Below the pieces are notes generated by a model. It was given only the letters and a program-made list of their open reading frames with translations, had not been told where the DNA came from and did not search any database. From Amphiscolops sp. MND2022 (Eukaryota), in assembly GCA_964187785.1 (NCBI GenBank), contig OZ076413.1, positions 43,588,001-43,652,000 of the forward strand: a DNA stretch of 64,000 nucleotides. Reading direction: 5' to 3'. This document shows, in pieces, positions 58,139 through 64,000 of this stretch. The position numbers and the translations under genes are program-made. Within the stretch, counting starts at the first letter, position 1. The number at the start of each line of letters is the position of its first letter.

Positions 58139-59229
58139 GATGTGGCCGACAAAAACAACAAAAAAAATAATTTTTTTTTGATTTTTGGCTTTTCTCTACT
58201 CCCTTCCCCCCACAAAACAAGTGGTAAATGATGGAATGGGGAGGGTTTGCTTTGGCTAAATAACTCAAAAAGCTACTATCTAAACTGCACTGACTAACTA
58301 ACTAACTAAGCTATTTGGCGCGCTTTGCCACTCGGCGTTACCGGTCTTTTGTGTATTGGGGTAGAGACTTGCTAAATGGGCTTGAATTGCTTCCTACACT
58401 TTTGGAGTGCACTAGGCACACTATTGCTGGTTTGGTTAACTAAAATTTCGTCTGCTTTTTCCTCACTTAGAAGGTTTGACTTTCTTAACAAAAATTTTTT
58501 AGTTTTTTTTTGATCACTACTACGGATTACTATACGCTAGATTGGCTTCTACTTTTAGGTGACCGCAGGCCTTGCTGCTGCCGTGAACTGAAAGTTGTTG
58601 GGTTAGCTTCAAACTCGTCAGCGAGGGTATCTGGGTGTCTGCTGTATCCCTTGCGCGGAGCGCAGTGGGGGTCACTTTAAGTTTTTTTGCTTGTGCGAGG
58701 AGGTTGGTTCGGGAACAATGGGTGGGCAATGGATTGGGAATGATCTGGGGTTTGATTGGGAACGTGTGGGTTGAGTATCAAGTGGTGACCTGGTCTATGG
58801 CTTCATGGCTCGTGGGTAAAAAGGTTACAACGATATGGATGATCTCCTCTGTCCTTGTTCTAGTTTCTCTACGCGTTCCGCAAACCTGGTCTGTGACTGT
58901 TTTGGTGCTCCCGGGCACACTCTCGCACCCTCGGGGTATACGAGGCGCAGAGTATGGGTGGTTATGGCGAGCAAATTGCACCTAGGCGACTTTGGTGGCG
59001 GGCAAGAAACGAATTTCGGTTTTTGGAGTTACCGTCTCTTGGTCTCGTAGAGTGTTTAGTGGAAGGTCGTTGATCTTGGGGCTAACCCTACACGGATTTT
59101 ATAAGTTCAGTAAGACGTGTGGGATTTGCTCGATGCGCTAAACAGGTCGTTTCAGCCCTGAATGAGGTGCATCAGGACTAGAAATGCATGGGTTTTCAGT
59201 TGAAATTCACTCAAAATATTGTTTTTCTC

Positions 59230-60080
59230 ATCAAGTAGCACCTCCGGGGAAGGTGAAAATCACTTCTAGTGGTACTAGCGACCTGAAAATTTCACACCGT
59301 CTAATACACTGGCTGAATCGTGGGGAACGAGCCTCCGATTGCGCTAAAATTGATCCGGTGGGTGTCACGGCCACTTAACAATGTTCACTGAAAAATTGAC
59401 TATGTCGCGAAAATCACAAAAAGTGGTCAAACTCGCCTTCTAGGCGTCCTAGCTACCTGAAATTTCGCATGCGAGCGTACTTTATGCCTACACGACGGCA
59501 AAATTCAGCGGCGAGGTGCTTTGATCTATATCTGGCGATATGAAGTGACAAAACCTTGATGTACCAAGGGTACCGCTTTTTCGGGTCTAAAATCACAAAA
59601 ATGTCAATTTCTCAGCTTTGGCTAGTAGCCGGCTGCTCAAATTGCACAAATCGTCGTGATCCAGTGCCGTGTGCACGAAAATGCAAGAATTTTAGTGTTG
59701 GGGTACCTGCGAGGTATTGCGCTATGCTCAACTAAAATTCAATTTTTTCGACATTTTCGGATCATTTTTGAGCAAAACTGCGGCTAAGATTTCTCGATCA
59801 CTAGTAATGGTAGCGCTACGAAAATTACACCACTAACGTAACTTTTTGCGGTTTACACGATGGTGCTATCCGTTTGAGACTGCTTCCACTAGGAGAGAAT
59901 TCGACCTGTACTGGAAGCACTACTCCAGTGTTCCGAAAATGTCACAAAAATAACACGTTTTTGGCTATTTCTCGGCAACTACTAGTTGGAATCACTTGCG
60001 ATTTTCTGCGTTTGCAACGTTGTACCCTATACTAACGGAAAATAGGCAAGCGAAACCTGGTAGGTTCCAAATAAGGTCTC
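59230..60080. repeat. degenerate ~178-bp tandem repeats in the element's 5' UTR
   Basis: ATTTCTC(G)..CTAG..AAATT module recurs near 59256, 59429, 59607, 59789 and 59967. Confidence 0.6.
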
Positions 60081-61248
60081 TCAAAATAAACTTTAAGTTG
60101 CACCTTTGACACTCTCGGAACAGTACGGAAAATGCGTATTTTCACCAAGAAATTTTTATTTCTTTGTTTTCAGACGTTCCGAATAGTTCTAACAGTAGTG
60201 TTAGAAGGTGTAACAACTTTATTTAGGGGAATGGGGTTGTTTCAATAATTAGTTTTGATGGCTTTGATGTAATAACTCTCAGGTCTATGGGGTCCTTTAC
60301 TCAGGTCTATTTTAATGGAAGAAAAGTGATGTTAAAACTTCAATTTATATTGGGGGCAGTCAAAAACCGTCTTGGTAGTAGTGTTGCATACTACCAAGCT
60401 CAACTACAAAAATTTTTGGCGTTTCAAGAGGCTTGGGAACAAACGCCCAAGGCTTCGCCCTTGCCAAAATTGGTCAAAATGGCCAATTTTGCCGATTTTT
60501 GAACAAAAATTGCTGAAATTTTCATGTTTTTTTGAAAAACAGCCCAACAAAAATTTTTGTTCTCGACCTGGTAGGTCCGACAGAACGTTTTTCAGGTATT
60601 CCCACAGGCCGTACACAGTTCTATAAAATTCTGGCTTTCAAAACGGGAAAATTCGATATTTGAGCTGTTATTAGTGTTGTTTTTGGCGTTTTCGAGCTCA
60701 AGTCCCTAAAATAACTGATGCAAATACCCTGTGGGTATTTTTCACAGTTAATTTATGCAAAAACAGGCCTGGGAATACTAATTTTGGGCTAGAAAACTTA
60801 AAGGGAACGAAATAACTCAGCTGTCTTCGGTGAATCGGCACCAGGTGGGGAGGAAGAGGCTATGAGGTGAAGCACCTGCAGTCCTGCACTCAGCTAGCTC
60901 GGGTCTTCACAAACCATCCTCGCAGTCCCTGTACATTGCCAATTAGCTTAAAAGAAGCTGGAAAACCCGTTAAAACACGTTCCGGATAAGCCGGAATGGC
61001 TTTTTTAACAAGTACAGATAAGGTGCAAGGGGGTATACCGTTTCAAAATGTATTTTTCAGGCTTGGGACCTCGGAAACATGCAGGAAACGCAGGAAAAAC
61101 ACTAATACAAGGCCCAAAGGGCTAGAATAAAGCAGTAAAAACAATCTAGGACTCTCCCAAAAGCTTCTCCTAGATCCGGACCTTTCAGGGCCGGAAAGCA
61201 GGAGTTGCTCCTCGCAGGACGCGGTAAGGAAAATTATCCTTGAAAAAT

Positions 61249-61266
61249 ATCCCTCTGTGGTCGCCA
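61249..61266 (-). other. primer binding site, tRNA-Arg-like
   Basis: TGGCGACCACAGAGGGAT, complementary to ...ATCCCTCTGTGGTCGCCA, which resembles metazoan tRNA-Arg 3' ends; 16 nt from the LTR. Confidence 0.8.
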
Positions 61267-61282
61267 TAAAAACTATTCCAGA

Positions 61283-62003
61283 TGTAACGTCCGGCTAGCG
61301 GCGCACATCTAGGAAGAGGGACAATGCCTAGGGTGCTTAAACAGGAGACCGTTGTCTTACTACACTCCTAATCACTAGTTTTTGATCCCAAAATGGTCTC
61401 CATGGGGGACTTTTCTAACGTCTAAGGAGGCTCCTCTAGTTAGAGCTCCGAGGCGACGTGCCGGCACTCTCAAAGTCCGGACACGCCCCTCAAGCCTGTA
61501 AAAACAAATCCTAAGGTTTTTAGCGCGTTCCCGCCATCTCCTACATACTTCCGAGGTCCAAAAAGATGTTTATCCGAAAAATGTCATTTCGACAGTTATG
61601 GACATGAAATGCTGACCTAGAAGGTCAGGCATGGGGAAAATAACAAAGTGCATTATAAATTAACAAATTAAAGGGGGATAAGCCCCAAGTGAGAATACAG
61701 TTACTGTTTGTAGATTTTCGGGGATCCAGTCATGCCATTCTAGAACAGTTCTGCTTGCTCTCCCAGAGGGATGGCATAGCACCGGGTAGCGTTCGTCGTA
61801 TTCTGCACCGTGTGAATCTTCATGTCAACAGTCGTTTTGCTTCCTTTCTTTATCATCTCCTGTTGTTCTTCCTGTTCGCGTGTTCTTCTTTTTTTATTTT
61901 TTGGTTTCAACGACCTGCCAGGTCGGCCATTTTGATTCGCACATTTTCTGGTTCTTGATCGAATTTTTCATCGAAAATTTGGTGTTGACTGGTGGACGTT
62001 ACA
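61283..62003 (-). repeat. 5' LTR (721 bp)
   Basis: Direct repeat of 42711-43429. Confidence 0.97.
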
Positions 62004-62429
62004 TCTGGTGGGATTTGAACATTTGTCAAAAATTCTAATTCGATGTTTGACGTGGCACTGAGCATGTGATTGCTCTTTCCGCTGTTTCAACGAGATTGGC
62101 AGGTACTTCGACAACAAGAGCGAAGATCGAGAAACAAACATAAGGCCAGATGCCCGAACAGACCCCAGAGACTGCAAAAACCTCTGAAATTAGACTCTTT
62201 CGAAGGTGCTAACCTTGATTCCAGCAGTATGTTATCTTAAGTAGCGAAAACCGTACAAATGAGTCTTTTCGTCTAATTCACAAATCTGTGCATGTGGTGC
62301 CCCAGCTTGCGAGCTGAATGTGGATGTTGCCAAATCGCTGTTGTGGACGAGATTGCTGTAGATTGCTGTACATTGTTGTAAGTTTATGGCTACTTTGACA
62401 GTTTTAGATCTTATTTCGCAATTTTAGAT

Positions 62430-63150
62430 ATTATTCCCCAAGTCACCCTGAAAAACGAAAATTTAACATAATTTCCTTTTAGAACGTTTTTAAAGGCTGT
62501 CTAAGTGATAATTTTGAAGACAAAGCGTAATTCGCGCTACTGACAGCAATTAAAGACTGGACCAGGCCGGCGAGCACTTCACAAGAAGCGGAATCCTCCT
62601 CTGACGGGACAGTTTTTACCCGAAGGAGGGAAAATGAGTTCATGGTCATGGGCGCCTGTCCCGGGCAAATACCCATACCTTGTGTTTCTCCAACTCTAAT
62701 GGTTACGGCGACAATGGTGAGAGCTTTTCGTTACATAGAGACATCATTTTTTGGCGACCACAGAGGGATCGCTTCGAAGTGCTTCTCTTAATGGTTTTAA
62801 AAGAGTCGACCCTCTGGTGATTGACGCCAAGTACGACCTGGCTCTGGTTGTAGATGTTTACGCAGAGTTTTCCTTCATTTTTTAAAGTTTGATGTATTGA
62901 CAGCTTTACTGTGGCAGGTTTTCTGTCCGTTTTTCAGGGGATTTTTCCGAGTACCTGTGGTATGTTTTGTTAGAAGGTACTTGTTGACAGATATCGTCTA
63001 AAATTGCAAGGGTCCCGTCAGCTGGTCCTCTTTTTAGAAGCGTAGTGGACAGTAGCACGTTGCTACTGGCGTTTAACAGCTTTTTCTAGCTGTTTTCAGT
63101 GATTTGCGCTGATGTACGAGAGCTGAAATTGATGGTTGGACCACATTCCA
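62430..63150 (+). mobile_element. fragment of a different LTR element: LTR end (CGTTACA, 62735), 16-nt spacer, PBS 62752-62769, start of 5' UTR; outer limits approximate
   Basis: Identical 18-nt PBS TGGCGACCACAGAGGGAT in otherwise unrelated sequence. Confidence 0.65.
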
Positions 63151-64000
63151 TCCGACTGATAGATGAGCTGAAACGAGTGTTCCCGACTCTCCTTTCCCAT
63201 TTCAGCTTGTCGTTACAAAAACATTCAAACTAACGATGGGACAAACAAAAATTCCCGGGAACAATCAATCCGAAACGGAAAAGTTTTCAAAGACATTTCG
63301 GTTTCCTCCGAGAAGAACAGGACGTTAAAAGAAACGAATATGATATACAACTCAACCCGGGACACTAACCCGGTGTTGCCGAAACCAAAACCACTGCACA
63401 TTCAAGAAGACGGGGGAGTAAAAAAGAAAAGCTAAATAAATGTAATCAAGAAATTAGACAAGATCATAAACTTCGATGAGGACGTTTTTCTTCTCCAGTA
63501 ATGAGTTCCGTAGAAACAATAAACATGTGAATATAGAACTTGATTGACGGAAGTTAAACTACAGTTGCATAAAAATGAGATGTAAGAGCACGGACAAATG
63601 AAACTGTACACTGAAACGAGGCGAAGATGCGCGTTTGCATCAACAGTAGGAAAAATCAGTGGAAACAACAGATTTAAATATTGCTTTTACGTACAAGCTG
63701 ACATACCCATAATATTCCCAGAAAAAATTGACCGGACACTCGAATACTGCACAGCAGCCTCTGCTAGATGATATAACAATAGCAATATGCTGAAGTAACG
63801 AAAAATTGGAAACTAAAATACTGTTGGATCTACTGACAAAACTAGACAACGTCCGGTAACGCGCAAGTATAAAAAGTCAGAACTCTTGGTGCATCAAACA
63901 ATATAGTAGGGTCAAAAAAGAGATGAGAACGGAATAAAACCTACCGGGAAAAGTGGAAGCAATGTTCAGAATGAAACCACCGAAACATGAAACCAATTGT

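Larger units (their letters stand above)
42711..62003 (-). mobile_element. giant (19293 bp) Ty3/gypsy LTR retrotransposon with extra ORF
   Basis: Paired LTRs, PBS, PPT, gag-PR-RT-RH-IN order, extra downstream ORF; GC-richer than flanks. Confidence 0.97.

Noticed and set aside
44400..58200. Numerous plus-strand ORFs in the giant element (and likewise over the vitellogenin exons)
   Set aside because: Antisense shadows of GC-rich coding frames with no recognisable motifs
58520..58981. Possible ORF0 in the leader (two in-frame ORFs split by a stop)
   Set aside because: GTG start, low complexity, no motif; cannot be supported without other copies

Overview
AT-rich, repeat-dense eukaryotic (animal) DNA with GT-AG introns; nothing prokaryotic is evident. 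There are two host genes: a 15-exon minus-strand vitellogenin/large-lipid-transfer gene (30559-39654, about 1565 aa, signal peptide to vWD) and a plus-strand CAP/SCP-domain gene whose small exons (6381-6470, 18251-18426, 24216-24413) are spread across TE-filled introns. Other elements are a 5'-truncated CR1/L2-type LINE, two Tc1-like elements, a BEL/Pao relic, DINE-1/HINE-like non-autonomous elements, a 1578-bp tandem duplication and several palindromes. The highlight is a young (LTRs about 99% identical), giant 19.3-kb Ty3/gypsy element (42711-62003, minus strand). It has tandem pseudo + active protease domains, an integrase tail with AT-hooks and two TARG1/OARD1-like macrodomains, and a roughly 1370-aa extra ORF with an SGNH-like fold in the env position. 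Its tRNA-Arg PBS sits 16 nt away from the LTR, a spacing repeated in a second, different element. Its 5' UTR holds ~178-bp repeats, and it has an abnormal 36-bp flanking duplication. All domain calls are by-eye motif recognition, not database searches.
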